64,000 bases of DNA from Botryllus schlosseri (taxonomy: Eukaryota). Within the stretch, counting starts at the first letter, position 1; each line of letters opens with the position of its first letter. The notes below the pieces were generated by a model, which had not been told where the DNA came from, did not search any database, and saw only the letters and a program-made list of their open reading frames with translations. The stretch covers positions 4,094,001-4,158,000 of the forward strand of contig CM119371.1 of NCBI GenBank assembly GCA_051294905.1. The letters are read 5' to 3'. The position numbers and the translations under genes are program-made. This document shows positions 26,726 through 40,227 of this stretch, piece by piece.

Positions 26726-29017
26726 CAGTGATGAGCGGAGTCTGCTTTTCGAGACTCCGAGTCCCTCCGACAACTTTGGTCTCTGAGGCAAAGTCCCTCC
26801 GACTCCGAGATAACCCGAAGAATCTTGTCCAGTCCCCGAAATATATTCAGACCATTGTCGAAGAATCCCAATCGATGTTTTCGATAGCCTGTCTGATATT
26901 CATACCAGTTTTTTCAGTATCCGTGAATTGCCGAACAGTCGCAACATTACTTCTGAGAGTCAAGTTCTCTCCAACAAAATGGACAGTCAAGCTAATAGAA
27001 CTGCGACCCTTTAGATCGGTCCACATATCTGTGGTGATGCCAGCCAGCCCATAACACTTAATAGCAACTCTTAGTTCCTCTGACAGCTTCTGCTTCAAAG
27101 ATGAAGCCTCCTCATCGAACTTACGTTTCACCGTAAATCTGGATAGCAAAACGTCTTCTGCACAACACCAGTCACCACGGCAAACCGGCACTTCTTCGGT
27201 ATTCTCCACCCGGCGATCAGTGTTCCCCATGATCACCTTCTCCTTTGATTACTCGCTTACTTGCATTTCAACTGCGATCAATTCTTCTTACAAGCTTCGA
27301 TATGTCTTCGAAGATGCGACGTACCACTTGTCAACTTGTGATGCTTTAGCTGAACATTGCAATTTTGACATCTCGCAAACCCAGTATACTGGCCGTTATT
27401 ATCATGCAGCATCAGAGTGAAATCCTTCCACACGTCATTTTTTTTCTGCGTCTTAGTGAGTAACCCACTTGACGTCGACGGTGCTTCAGCCATTATATTA
27501 AAACGACGAAGGAAGACCAGTCAGTTCGAACTAACTACCACTAACACCACCGAAATCGATGATCACATCACGGGTTTCAGTAAATTAAGTTCCGTATCGC
27601 CATGAAACAGTTGATGGAACTGCACTGTACTAAACATACATGATGCATCACTCACGCACCGATCGACGCTCCTTGAAGTTGACTAAATGACTAGTGACTT
27701 CCAATTTTGAAGCTGATACATGATATCTGGAATTTGGAGTCTGTGACAGACCAGCAGCAGAAACTTGATTGCGGTGCTGATTTTTCATATCACATCAAAG
27801 TCATTTCTCAATCAAACCAAACATTACATGACGAAAATTCAGAAGAGTTCTGGATGACTGACTACGTCAATCAATATTGAAGGAAGCGTAGTTGAGTTGA
27901 TGCGAGCAGAGCAAAGCAGACGGTTGTAATTATTTAGTGTGGCTGTTCAGAAATTCGGAATATTCTGTTTTTACTGGGTAAGATCAGCTTACCTTAGTGA
28001 TTTATGTATTGTTGAAATCTTTAGAGCGGGCTTAGATGCTGGTATGCCTCTGTGAGCGGATCTTACTAGCGAAAATTCGTCGCAATGTCATTAAATCATG
28101 TAACACATTGCATAAGTTATTATTGTTTCCATCCAGATACTTGCTTGTTGTATGTATATTTCTCACAGATATAAAGGTAATATTGATGTAACACTTATTA
28201 TCGATATCTCTCACTGCAAATTGCAAGTACGATGAAAGTTGCGAAAAGTTATCACAAAAGTGGTATCGGATATTATCTTGTTTCAACTGATACCAACGTT
28301 GGGAATACATTTTCACAAAATGGACCTATTACTATATTGAATGTCATCAGGATAATGGGATATATTCCGTTATGATCATCAACTTGCTGGAAGAATCAGG
28401 GTAGCCAAAGGCTGTACCATAGGGAAGCCCCGCTGTATGTTGCTGATTGTAAATGTTTCGCACAATTACTGGGGTAGCATGAAAATTAGTCACGAAACAA
28501 ATACGCAAGGAGGAATATGATGTGACTATAGAAGACTGCAATGACAGCAACGTGGAAGATTCTGGAGATCTTATCTCACAATATGGTGACATTCAGCAGT
28601 GGATTCAAAGACTGCATCTCATTGCAGGGAGAAAATGATGCGCTGCGAACGATATTGGGTGTCTTCAAGTTTGTGAACTACAGACACTGCTCCGCGGAAA
28701 TGCCTTGCTAGATCACTAGGTTACTCTCCAGTCCCCAATTGCAGTGCAGATGGCTGATTTTTATGCACTTGTCAATCATTTTTGCATGTTACCGGTCATA
28801 TTACAACTTTACAAGGTGTCAACTGTCTGTGTTTTGGTTTGTAATCAATAGTGTCTTCTGGTCAAAGCTATCGAAAGATATCGGGGGCAAAACTAACAAT
28901 ACTCCGTAAAACTCCAGAAAAATATCTGTTGTAAACTCCGACTCCACTCCGGGTATCAAAAAATTGGCAAAACTCCGCTCCGACTCCACTCCGACTCCGC
29001 TCCGGTGCTCATCACTG
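26726..29017 (-). mobile_element. hAT element with internally deleted transposase
   Basis: TIR CAGTGATGAGC ... GCTCATCACTG; perfect TSD CATTGTAC; GACTCC subterminal repeats. Confidence 0.9.
26847..27493 (-). pseudogene. hAT transposase N-terminal remnant
   Basis: BED finger (VWKDF..ARCQNC..GTSHLRRHIEAC) and first catalytic Asp motif (GITTDMWTD..ISLTVHFV); broken frames, truncated. Confidence 0.85.
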
Positions 29018-29745
29018 CATTGTACAGACATTTGCTAACCTCATGCTGACCTGATTTTATACGACATCAAGTGAACTTGATTAAATTTCCAAGTTTGGAT
29101 GAATTTAATAATTCTAATATAATTTGTAAGAAAACTGTAGTCATAATTCTACTTTTAGTTCAACTTGAAAAAGATTCCTAATTTGTACAAGCTGGAAATG
29201 TTCCAGTTTTCTAACGCCAGTGATATTTCCACACCCCTTATCAAAAACATAGTGTTTTTATCGAGGCGAGATGATGTATCAATTTCTTGTTTTATGATGC
29301 AGGTGCTGATAATACAGAGACACTGAATACCAGTAGGTGACAAGCTAAAGGCAACCATCATCAGCAGTAATCAGTCGGCAGAATTGAATATACTACTCAT
29401 GAAATTGAGCAATACCAAAAGTCTGCTATAAATATGAGTGAGTCCCGATATAATCACTGATTGTTTTGATTTTGAGTAGCTTTCTACAAATCATAGATTT
29501 GTTATTTTAAAATAGACATTGACTAATGGCTCAAATCCATTCTAGAGTGTTGCGACAACTCTGAAGCAGACTTGGACAATGATAAAATTTTCAGATTATT
29601 CGAATTAGAATAGAATTACAATTAAATCTACACAGTTTTTGTCATGTTTGACTAGAATTAGAATTATAGCTGCACAGTTTTTCCAAATTGGATTATGAGT
29701 AGAATCAAAGCTTCACATGGTTTCTCCAAGTTGGACGCTACAATT

Positions 29746-30677
29746 CAGTGTTGGGATGACTCGAGTCACCTTCTTCGCATGACTTGACTTGACTCGACTC
29801 ACTTTGCTGAAATGACTTGACTTGACTTGACTCGGCGTATCAGAAATGGGGAATGACTCGTGACTCGGACCAAAATTCACGAGTCAATTTCAAGTCATCA
29901 AGTAATCGGTGTGGATAAAAATCACTGTATCTTGCATATATTCGGATTGTTCGCGAAACGCTGTTGTAACCCGTGAGAACGAATAATCATTCAAATATTA
30001 TGCGTTTCACTGAGTCTCGATTGTTCTCTCGCAAATAAATTGACCGCAAACGAAGTGATCGATGCTTACAGCTTACGTTGTCGTAACTCGACGAGTAGTA
30101 AAGTAATATAATAGCGAAATGTCTATTTCTGTTCTCTGTTCTTACCTTAACCCAACCTCTTGTCTTATTGAAATCGAATATAGTGAATATAGTCCTCAAC
30201 CATTGGCACAGGCTCGAATTGTATCATCAATTGGTAAATGGGTAACGTGTTGGATCTTATCAATTCGTTTGTCTATTCTCTATTTTGGCTGGTAACTTTA
30301 AACTGAGGCTAGGCAAATACGAGGTTCAACAGTTCTACGTATATGTGAGCGATACAGTGTCTTCTTGCGAGTATATTCAACTCTATATTCGTTCATCTGT
30401 TAGGAATTCATGACCGCTCAATCTGTATTTCAGACATCTAGCAAATTGCAATAACGTAATCATGCCTCATACTTCGAAAAGGCAACTTGACTTGAAATGT
30501 GACTTGACTCGGGACTTGACTTGACTCGACTTGACTCGAGTCACCTCTAAAAATCGAGTGACTTGACTTGACTCGAGTAACCTTTGAAAATCGAATGACT
30601 TGACTTGACTCGAGTCAAAATGTGCAATGACTCGAAATGACTCGTGACTCGAAGGTAGTGACTTGATCCCAACACTG
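29746..30677. mobile_element. hAT MITE (CAGTGTTGGGAT family), copy 2
   Basis: Same TIRs as 4444-5366; perfect TSD CTACAATT. Confidence 0.9.
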
Positions 30678-31302
30678 CTACAATTGGGATAGCTACAAAG
30701 TTTATTCCAAATTAGTTACAATTGGAATTATAGCTGCATATTTCAAAAAAATTGGGATTATCGCTAGTATTACAGCAGCACAATTTTTTCCAAAGATAGA
30801 ATAACATTAAAATTACTGAGTTTGCAAAAACTAGGACATATCACGAAGTTTAATCCATATCAAATCAGGGCTCATACTCGTAGGCAAGAGAACGACAATT
30901 GTCTGAACACCGAGATCGGCTCGTTTCATGTGATACAGTTCTCATGCAGCATTTTCAGGAACAACAGAAATTAGATAAGATTTGGAATGTTGCCATAAAA
31001 CATTCCACAAATTAGATTAAAATTATCTAGCTGTCCAAGTCTGCTCTAAAGAACGTCAGAAATTTCCTGTTGAAATCCGATTTGTAAAATGACATCGACT
31101 CAAATCTGACCGATATCGCGAAATACAAATCTGTGCTAATCTTAACATCCAAAGAAATTATGAATTCCATATGAACATCGAGTTGAGCAGATATCATAGA
31201 TACAGATTAGGACTCTTGCCGGTATATGACGTTAGTAAAAATATTGTTGCCAGTTGGTCTATGTAACATTTCTGTATTTGAAAACTCTATTTAATTTGAC
31301 AG

Positions 31303-32570
31303 ATGAGGCAGAAGATCCAGCCACGGTGCCGATGCATTGGATTAGCAAATAGGTGGATTTAACGGATAAAGCGGGGTTGGGTATGGGAATCTTTGTGTCT
31401 TGTACAAACTACCGGATTCTCAAAATTTGCAACGACAACTGAAATTACTCAATTTTCAAATTCCACAACTAGAACTAGCACTGCTCACTTTTCACTATGC
31501 GTAACTTAACTGAAACTACCGTAATTTGTCATGTATAATACGCCCACATGTATGATACGCATTATAAAAATGACAGGTAGATTATGGGGGGAAAAGCCAA
31601 CACCCTGCATTTGCATCACATGGAGAGTACATGCGTAAATGCTGATTATAAAAGATTCTCGTATTGATAAATCAACGCGTATGAAAACTAAGCAGCGATG
31701 GGTATGTTTTATCATAGTGTCCTATATGGTGTAGAAACAAGCAAATCTCACGGCCCAGTGAAATTGATCTACGTCACTCTTTCCATTCGGCCATAATTGA
31801 TGTGTGGCCGGCTGGCCGAGCATTAAACTTGATAAAACGGGTATCAATCGAAAGCTACGACGGTACCGATTGCGAAAATATAAATTTTAATCTGCTCGTG
31901 GTCCTGGAACCCCCAAAATCAGCATCGAATGTTGCATTGTAATGGCATTAGGTATTGTGACGCAACCATGGCGTCTGAGCAGCTCGGAAGCAAGTCCGCA
32001 CAAGAGTAAGTGTGAATGCTCAATCGGTTGCGCAACAATCACCAATATGCTTGCGGTCGCGCTGCTCCTCACCTGCTCCCAGACGGCTCGGTTGCGTCAC
32101 TCCTATTTGCAACGGACACTTCTACCTGTATTTGAGTAGAAATGGACGAGTTGATTATACTTGAATAATGCCAAGTAATTTTGACCTGACTTTGAAATCT
32201 CTACTTTTGCTTGTAATTGAGAAGAAAGTGAATATAAATGAACGAAGTTACTTCTGCTGGCAATTGAGTAGAAATGAACTACGTCACTTTTACTTGAGTA
32301 ACACCGGTAACTACTTTGACCACCTACTACTTCTGCTCGCAATTTATATAAATTATGAGGTACCTTCTATTTGACCAGCAACTCTGATTACTTTGATCAC
32401 TTGTGCGAAAGATTTAATATATTTTTTAAACATGCAGGACAGCAGGAACTCACCAAAGTGATTCTGTGTCCTCTGATGGAAGCCGTGACTTACATCGACC
32501 AGCAGCGTAAATTCCTAATCCCAACCTATAACAATATGAATGCAATCAAAGTGTGGCTGTTGGATTGCGA
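31303..32570 (+). pseudogene. PLK1: PLK1-like polo-box exons, degenerate
   Basis: 31303-~31382 after a TTGACAG acceptor: EAEDPATVPMHWISK*VDLTDKAGLG (cf. PLK1 [26 protein letters not shown]); ~32445-32515: TKVILCPLMEAVTYIDQQRKF (cf. [21 protein letters not shown]). Confidence 0.85.
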
Positions 32571-34413
32571 TACAAAGATTGTATGTTGTAAACACTCGTG
32601 TTTGAAGATGAAGACTATACGTGTGATACAACGAGCAATGCATTTGTATCTATTTTCTACAAATTTAATCAGCCGTATCGCAACTCCGTCGTCAAAGCAT
32701 CTCGATGGTGCAGGCGAAAAAGAATATCATATCTCTCTCTCTTGCGGTCAATGGCCCTCAAATTATAACGATTACTTCACCTCGGAGTCAAAAACACACA
32801 AGTACAACTCACGCACGTCAACGAAGAACAACAGCTACCATATGGTCAGGACGGAATACAGGAAAACGCATTGGTCTATCTAGTATGCCGGACGCCGATT
32901 GTTGAACAGCATCTAGCCGGCTATCCGACAGTCGTCGAGCATGTCCACATTCAAGTCGAAATACAAGCAATTTCCTCCAAATGAATACTAGCCAGCCTTC
33001 AGCATTACCGGACCACGACTTACCATCGACCTCGCCCTCCGCCACACGCCACCTCATTTTGTCGCTTGCGTCTTATATTCGTGACCTCCTATATTTGCTA
33101 TGTCAAAATATATTAAAATCAGCAATGTATTGAACTGAAGGACGCACACTATTTCACATTGGTATTTCTTTACTGGCAATAAATAATTTTCGCCTGCGGG
33201 ATGGCATTCGCCGGGTAGGCCATTTAAACTTCTCTGGACATTGGACAATCAAACATCGAAGTTTTCGGTCTGCACGAGGACATTCCTTCTCGTCTAAAGT
33301 CTTCTCGCTGCTGATCAGTCTGGTACACTTCTCGGACGCCTAAGTGCCCATTTCTAAAAATCATGCATATTTTTGTTGGGGGAAGAGTAGGCCTACCCAA
33401 GTTACGATATTGGGCAACATGAATGAAAATTTTGAAAAAGTTGCAGAACTTAATACAAAAAAACTTTATAATTTATGTCAATTCACGAAATAATTTTGGG
33501 TGCCCTTCGAGCTCGGGCCCCCCAATTGGGTGTTTGGGGTGCGGCAGTTACGGTCCTTGTCTTATCGCATCGTACATTGTGTGTGTCTTGTTCAGATGAA
33601 AATATAATCTGATGATTTATTGATTAGAGGTCGACCGATTACCGACTTGGCCGATAATCGAGACCGATATTTGGATCTTTCACGATTATCGATATTTTAT
33701 ATATAAAAAAAATCGACGACGCGAAGGATGATACGTGACAGATTTACCCTTGCAGAACGAATTCAACTTGATGACCATTGACCATGCAAAGAAACTATAT
33801 AATTCCTACATTACAATCTACCTCCACTAGACTGATCTTTAATTCTGTATCACGTTTTGCTTTTTGGGTTATCCCATATTTCAATGAATGTGAACAATTA
33901 GGCAATAATTATTTTTAATTTCAGTTTTCTCGTTTGTTATTCAGTGGCATGTACAGGTGTCATTTTGCCTAATATATAATATTTTTATCGAAATGGTTCT
34001 CTGCTCCTTCCATATTATTGTCGACCTATGATATCAGTTATCGGCCTTGTGAGTGTAACGATAATCGGTATCACTATAGGCCTGCAAAATTCAATATCGA
34101 TCGATCTCTATTATACTGATATCGTGCTCACTGCTCAATCCCGGTGCTGGTTTACGCGGTCAATGGGTGTCATGGAGGTGTGCCTGTAGCCTGTGCCGGA
34201 TTGTAAAATCGATATGCGGCACTTCCGAAGGTCATACAAAAGCGCGCGTGTAGTAATAACAGTAGCACAGACATTATTTCCTCGTATTTTGGGAAATAGT
34301 CGGTCAGTACTAGTCAGGCTCAGCCAGATAGCTTAGCATGTGGTATGTTTTGTATTGGCGTAATAATAATACTTTGTATGATTCAAGCTGCCAGAATACT
34401 AGAATCCCGTCTA

Positions 34414-34774
34414 TGACATTTACATGTTGTAACGAATCATGCTTTACTCTGATTGCTAGTTTGCTGAGTTCACCAATACCTAAGATTGTATTTCAGGCAT
34501 GCCTTAATATAGAGCTGAATTGTACAAACAACCAATCTAGTTACTTGATGGTCAACCAGATACCGTTATTTTCAAGTAGTTCTTGTTAATTTTCTGACAT
34601 TTACATGGTGTAACGAATCATGCTTTACTCTGATTGCTAGTTTGCTGAGTTCGCCAATACCTAAGATTGTATTTCAGGCATGCCTTAATATAGAGCTGAA
34701 TTGTACAAACAACCAATCTAGTTACTTGATGGTCAACCAGATACCGTTATTTTCAAGTAGTCCTTGTTAATTTT
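34414..34774. repeat. Direct tandem duplication, 2 x ~181 bp
   Basis: 34414-34594 is repeated almost identically at 34595-34774. Confidence 0.9.
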
Positions 34775-35111
34775 GAATAGTGAGCAGTTCTAGTTCTGGT
34801 TTTGCATTTTAAAAAATAAAGCTGCTAACATACGACTTGAACCAAAACTAGAAACATGCGTTGTCATTTTTAAACGGAAATCGTGATACCAGTGTTCTAT
34901 TGTGTGATGTTCTTGCAGCTGATGTCACTACGGCGGCGGCTGGTCACAATGACTCGAGTACTGGAATCTGAATCGAGCACCAATTGCAAATATTTGAATC
35001 GAGTTAGGAGAGATCAGATTTTCAAATCCTGTTATCATACACCCTCTGATATTAGCGCTACAACAGACTTGGACAACTAGATCATTCTAGTTGCCTGAAT
35101 AGACTAATTAG

Positions 35112-35705
35112 CAGGGTTGTAATGACTCGAGTCATGACTCGACTCGAGTCCAACTCAAGTCCCGATTTTATGATGACTCGACTATACTCGAGTCATTTTC
35201 TGAAAATACGGAAATGAATCGACTCGAGTCAATCCATGTATTGACTCGACTTGGACTCGAGTCATTGCGCATGATTCGAACCAAGTCATAGGACTCGAGC
35301 CTAAGACGGCCAAGACCGACATTTCCCTATAATTTCAAAGAATTGGAAAGTAAGCACACTATTTGGTTTTCGTCTATTGGTACTGTTACTTGAAAATGCG
35401 ACCAGAAACTACTAAAAGTGAGAAAAATTAGTATATTGTATTAGTATTAGTGTATTGTATTCGTTATCACCAAACACAGTTATAAAAAGAGGGGTTAACA
35501 AGACTTTAACTGGAAACTGAACAGTCCACACAATGACTCGGACTCGAGTCATAATACTATGAATCGGACTCGACCCTCTGCTCACTGACTTGGACTCGGA
35601 CTTGACTCGGTGGTAAATTGAAAATGACTCGACTTGACTCGATTCAAAACAATAAAATTGAGATCGACTCGTGACTCGGAGCCTGGTGACTTGGTTACAA
35701 CCCTG
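35112..35705. mobile_element. hAT MITE (CAGGGTTGTAA family)
   Basis: TIR CAGGGTTGTAA ... TTACAACCCTG; perfect TSD CTAATTAG. Confidence 0.9.
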
Positions 35706-35829
35706 CTAATTAGACAGTAATGCCATCAATCGAACATTTTATTCTAATTTGTGAAATATTTCGATGCTGTCATTTTGATTCTAATCTTATTTCTTATTTC
35801 CTGAAAATGCTACGGGAGAACCCGTTGAG

Positions 35830-36704
35830 CAGTGGTTCTTAAACTTTTTTAGTCACGCACCCCTTAATGATAGCGAAAAATGTAGCGCTCCTCGTACCGT
35901 CATATCACAAAATGCAACCAGAATGCTAGCAATCCCAACAGGTAGTTTGATGCGATGGAAAGTTATGACTATGGTAAGTTTTCGCAACTTTTAACAGCTT
36001 CCGTCAGCTTCCTAAATACTTGTAAGTTATGTAGCATGGTGTTTTAAGCTATTTGGAGGAGTCTTATATTGCAACTTCGTGGAACTTTTCTCCATTTTTT
36101 TCATGCAGATTTTTGGCACTTTTTCGATTTTTCATGCAACTTTTTTCGATTTTTCATGAAACTAACTTTTCACTGAAAATATTTGGTACTATATACAAAT
36201 AGATCGATTGATTTATTTCGCTCTCGTTTAAATTTGACGTCCTTTCTGATTTGACGTAATTCAGGCTAGACCGCCCAAATTTTTAATTTCACTGGGTCAA
36301 TTTTTTCAGGCTATTGAATTTGAGAAGTCGCCAACACTAAGTTTTGCTACAGTGTCACGCATACTAATCGAGTCGAGTATCTCATACTCCAATAATTTCA
36401 AGGACCTTGTCCATAAATGTAACTTTCCGGTGCAACTTTTGTGGAAAATAAATGCAAGTATTTACTTCAACTTATGCGAAAAATAAATGCAACTTTCCAA
36501 GGATTTGACTGCAACGAAAACTATTTATGACTGTTGATGAGAGAATTAAATAATGAAATTTGGACTATACACAGAGTAATAACTCTGCATAGGAAGTAAA
36601 TCGCGCCGACCTCAAAAAATAATTTCAGTTGACCGCAGCGCCGCGCCCCCTTCAGATGCTTTCACGCCCCCAGAGGGGCGTGCCTCCCAGTTTGATAACC
36701 GCTG
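35830..36704. mobile_element. Older hAT MITE
   Basis: CAGTGGTTCTTAAAC ... GTTTGATAACCGCTG; degenerate TSD CCGTTGAG/CCGTAGTG. Confidence 0.6.
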
Positions 36705-36937
36705 CCGTAGTGTGAGAAACGAGCCAAGTTCGGTGTAGGCTAATAGACATTTGCCATAATCATGCTTATGAGCACGAACTTTGATTGGAACTTGATTTAA
36801 TTTTCAAGTTTTCGTCAATTCAGTAATTCTAATTATAACCTAATTCAATAACAATCAAAATCACAGACCATGAAAGTCGCATTGTACCAGTGGCAACAAT
36901 AACAAACTATGAAATATACGGACTTACGGTACAACAG

Positions 36938-37489
36938 CAGGGTTGTACTGACTCGAGTCACGATTTTCTAATGACTCGACTTGACTCGAGTCATATTTTC
37001 AAAATACGGAATTGACTCGACTCGACTCGAGTCAATCTGTGTATTGACTCGACTAGGACTCGAGACATTGCGCATGACTCGAACCAAGTCATTGACTCGA
37101 GACTCAGACGGCCAAGACCGACATTTCATTGTAATTCCAACACACTATTGGGATTTCTTCTGTTGGTACTGGTACTTGAAAATGCGACCAGAAACTGTTA
37201 AAAGTAGGGAAAAATTGGTATATTTTAAAAGCGAACCGTTCGCTATCACCAAACAGAGTTACAATAAGTGGGTTTACCAAGACTTTATCTGGAAGCTGAG
37301 CAGTGAACGCGATGACTTGGACCCGGACTCGAGTCATAATTCCATGACTCGGACTCGACCCTCTGCTCACTAACTTGGACTCGGACTTGACTCGGTGGTG
37401 AGTTGAAATGACTCGACTTGACTCGAGTCAAAACCATAAAAGTGGGATTGACTTGTGACTCGGAGCCTTGTGACTTGGTTACAACCCTG
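36938..37489. mobile_element. hAT MITE (CAGGGTTGTA family)
   Basis: Similar to 35112-35705; TSD TACAACAG/TACTATAG. Confidence 0.8.
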
Positions 37490-37540
37490 TACTATAGTAG
37501 CAGCGCAATTCGTAAATAAACAGTTACACGCACGAAACAC

Positions 37541-38208
37541 CAGTGTTGGGATCAAGTCACTACCTTCGAGTCACGAGTCATCTCGAGTCATTGCACATTT
37601 TGACTCGAGTCAAGTCAAGTCAATCGAATTTCGAAGGTGACTCGAGTCAAGTCAAGTCACTCGTTTTTTGGAGGTGACTCGAGTCAAGTCGAGTCAAGTC
37701 AACTCAAGTCACGAGTCAAGTCACAGTTCAAGTCAAATTGAATTTTCGAAGCATGAGTGATGATTCAAAGTGGGCGCTGCGCAATGTAAGCACGAAGCCG
37801 TCTAAGAAACAGAGATGCGTTGCTATTAGAACCAGATTAATCTACTACTACTACGACGTAAGCTGTGCTCATTTCGTTTGCGGTCAATTTATTTATGATG
37901 TAACAAGAAAGGTTCAGTGAAACGTACAATCAGTGAATGAATGATTATTCTCACAAGTGGCATCGGCGTATAGCGAACAATCCGAACATACACAAGACAC
38001 AGATATTTAGTCGAGCCAGTTTACTTGATGACTTGAAATTGACTCGTGAATTTTGCTCCGAGTCACGAGTCAATCCACATTTCTGAAGCACCGAGTCAAG
38101 TCAAGTCAAGTCATTTTCGCAAAGTGACTCGAGTCAAGTCAAGTCATACGAAAAAGTTGACTCGAGTCTGACTCGAGTCAAGTCATGACTCGAGTCATCC
38201 CAACACTG
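37541..38208. mobile_element. hAT MITE (CAGTGTTGGGAT family), copy 3, inverted
   Basis: Same TIRs as 4444-5366; perfect TSD CGAAACAC. Confidence 0.9.
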
Positions 38209-38224
38209 CGAAACACATGCACTA

Positions 38225-38940
38225 ATGAGAAATTTGTAGGTTATAGAGGAAATCTTTTTGTCTCATAAAATAGTTTTGTTCAACTGAATAATAGTAGACT
38301 CCAGCACTTTTAGATGAAACAAAGACCTACCACGCGCAATGACAGTGAACATATTGTCATCATATAGTGCTGTGCACAGGCGAGGTTTTCACTCAAGTGC
38401 TGACCAATTGACGAAGCATATGCTTGGTAATCGTCATAGCAGTCTGTTTTGGCAGCCAATTTGCACTGACGTGCAAGCTCCGTGCGAGTATTTGCACATG
38501 TTTTTGACCGAATCAATTTTGGGATATACTGCTTAATACGCTCAAACAATCTTTGAGATGTACGTCCTACATACCTACTATCACAGTGGCACTTGTGTTG
38601 GTAAACAACATTACTTGCATTAAAGGCTGGAAGTACATCTTTTCGAGAGTTAGGCAACAAGGGCTTCGTTGTGTACACCACATGCGTATTTACGCTATAA
38701 TAACATCGGCGAACAGCCGATTTAATGAGTTTTTTAAAACGGTTAGACACGTTACCTAGCCAAGGTAGGTGTACAAAATGCCGGGCATTTTTCTGGCCCG
38801 TATTTGGGAGCTATATCCGATTTTGTCAAAACCCTAGAGATGGCGCATTTTAAAATATGGTCTGGATAGCCATTTTTTATTTTACAATGGATATTGCATT
38901 TAAAGCTGGTTTCAGATATTACTGTCAAATATTTATCCAT
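38225..38940 (-). pseudogene. Penelope-like retroelement remnant (post-RT linker + GIY-YIG endonuclease)
   Basis: KNGYP..PKYGPEKCP; KDVLP..SNVVYQHKCHCDSRYVGRTSQRLFERIKQ; SSIGQHL; FHLKVLES; frameshifted. Confidence 0.8.
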
Positions 38941-39760
38941 TCTCAGCCCACGTGATCAGATTAACATTGGGTTGCCAGTTGCCATACGCCCGGAATTTGC
39001 CGTACATGTCCGGAATTTTACCGTTCAAACTGCGTCCGGGAGGAATTTCTTGAATATGCCTAAATTTCTGGAATTTTGACGGCTTCACGAAGGCTAATAA
39101 TGTTTTCGTAAATCATCATAATGACATTAACATTAGATTTATGCTACATGAAATTTTTATTCGCGCAGCGCGCAATTTACTACAACATATATTGATTTTA
39201 TTATGGGGATTACCACCCTATCAAAAACTGCAATAAAATAAATTATAATAACCTTCATTTAGTAAAATAAGCCTAATTGTATCGTAACTATAGGATAACG
39301 GTATCTAGATACGGTTACGGCCGTTTAACGGCATATTCCAAGAGACGGTTACGGCCGTTTAAATGCTTTATACAAATATAGTGATGCTTGTAAACGTGAG
39401 GGTCGTTTGACTGTATTATGGGGTTCGCGAAGATGTTGAACGTATAATCAGCTTCCAAAATAGGCTGTGAGTAAGTCTGGGTAAAGGTGCTGACTGCTGA
39501 GTTCTTCAAGTAACCAGCTCGTCAGATTTTGATTTGGGCCAAGGAACATTTTCAAATTGGAGATGGTGTCGCGACCATAAAAGGCTGGAAAGCACAGGAT
39601 TGGTGTGTTTATAAAGCTCCGTGGTGCGCACCGGCATTAGACTGAAAACTAATCTGATCGGTGTGACATGAACATGACTTAAAGACATTTCATGCTGGTG
39701 ACGTCATATTTTGTGTTACGATTGTTGATATACGCTGTTCTTTCGAATTCTCTACTAGTT

Positions 39761-39804
39761 GCTGACGATTACCCCTGACGAGTGTCAGCCGAAAATATTC
39801 GGGT
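39761..39804 (+). ncRNA. Minimal type I hammerhead ribozyme motif
   Basis: ACCC-CTGACGA-GTGTCAGCC-GAAA-ATATTC-GGGT: both conserved core boxes, stem I ACCC/GGGT, palindromic mini stem III, NUH triplet ending at C39800. Confidence 0.6.
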
Positions 39805-40227
39805 TCATTTTAATATGAATATACTATTCAATTGTATATTGAAGTTCTGTACCTCAAAGAAGCTGACTTAAAGATGTACAATTACGCTCCCTGTATTTTT
39901 GAATTCATCATTCTCCACCAGCTCTGCCGCTAACTCTGATCATGTGGGCGGAGATCTGATCAAACTATAGGCCTATTGCAATATAAGGAAGGAAAAATAT
40001 AATTCATGTACAGTCATGCATGTCCATGTGGGAATAAGATGAAGTGACCATTAAATTCTGCCTTCAACTTAATACAGATACTGCAAGCTGCCGTTACGAG
40101 AAACGGCAAAGAACGGCTGGGTAATGATATATATCAGCGGCTTTTGATTTTTAATGCTTCGTTGTGGAAACCGTAATGTGTACAAAATTTCAAATCTTTA
40201 TCCGGTGAACGTACGTACGTACGTACT

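Noticed and set aside
32371..32883. 170-aa ORF as an intact gene
   Set aside because: Only ~25 aa match the polo box; the rest reads through intron or repeat sequence, and the neighbouring exon has a stop.
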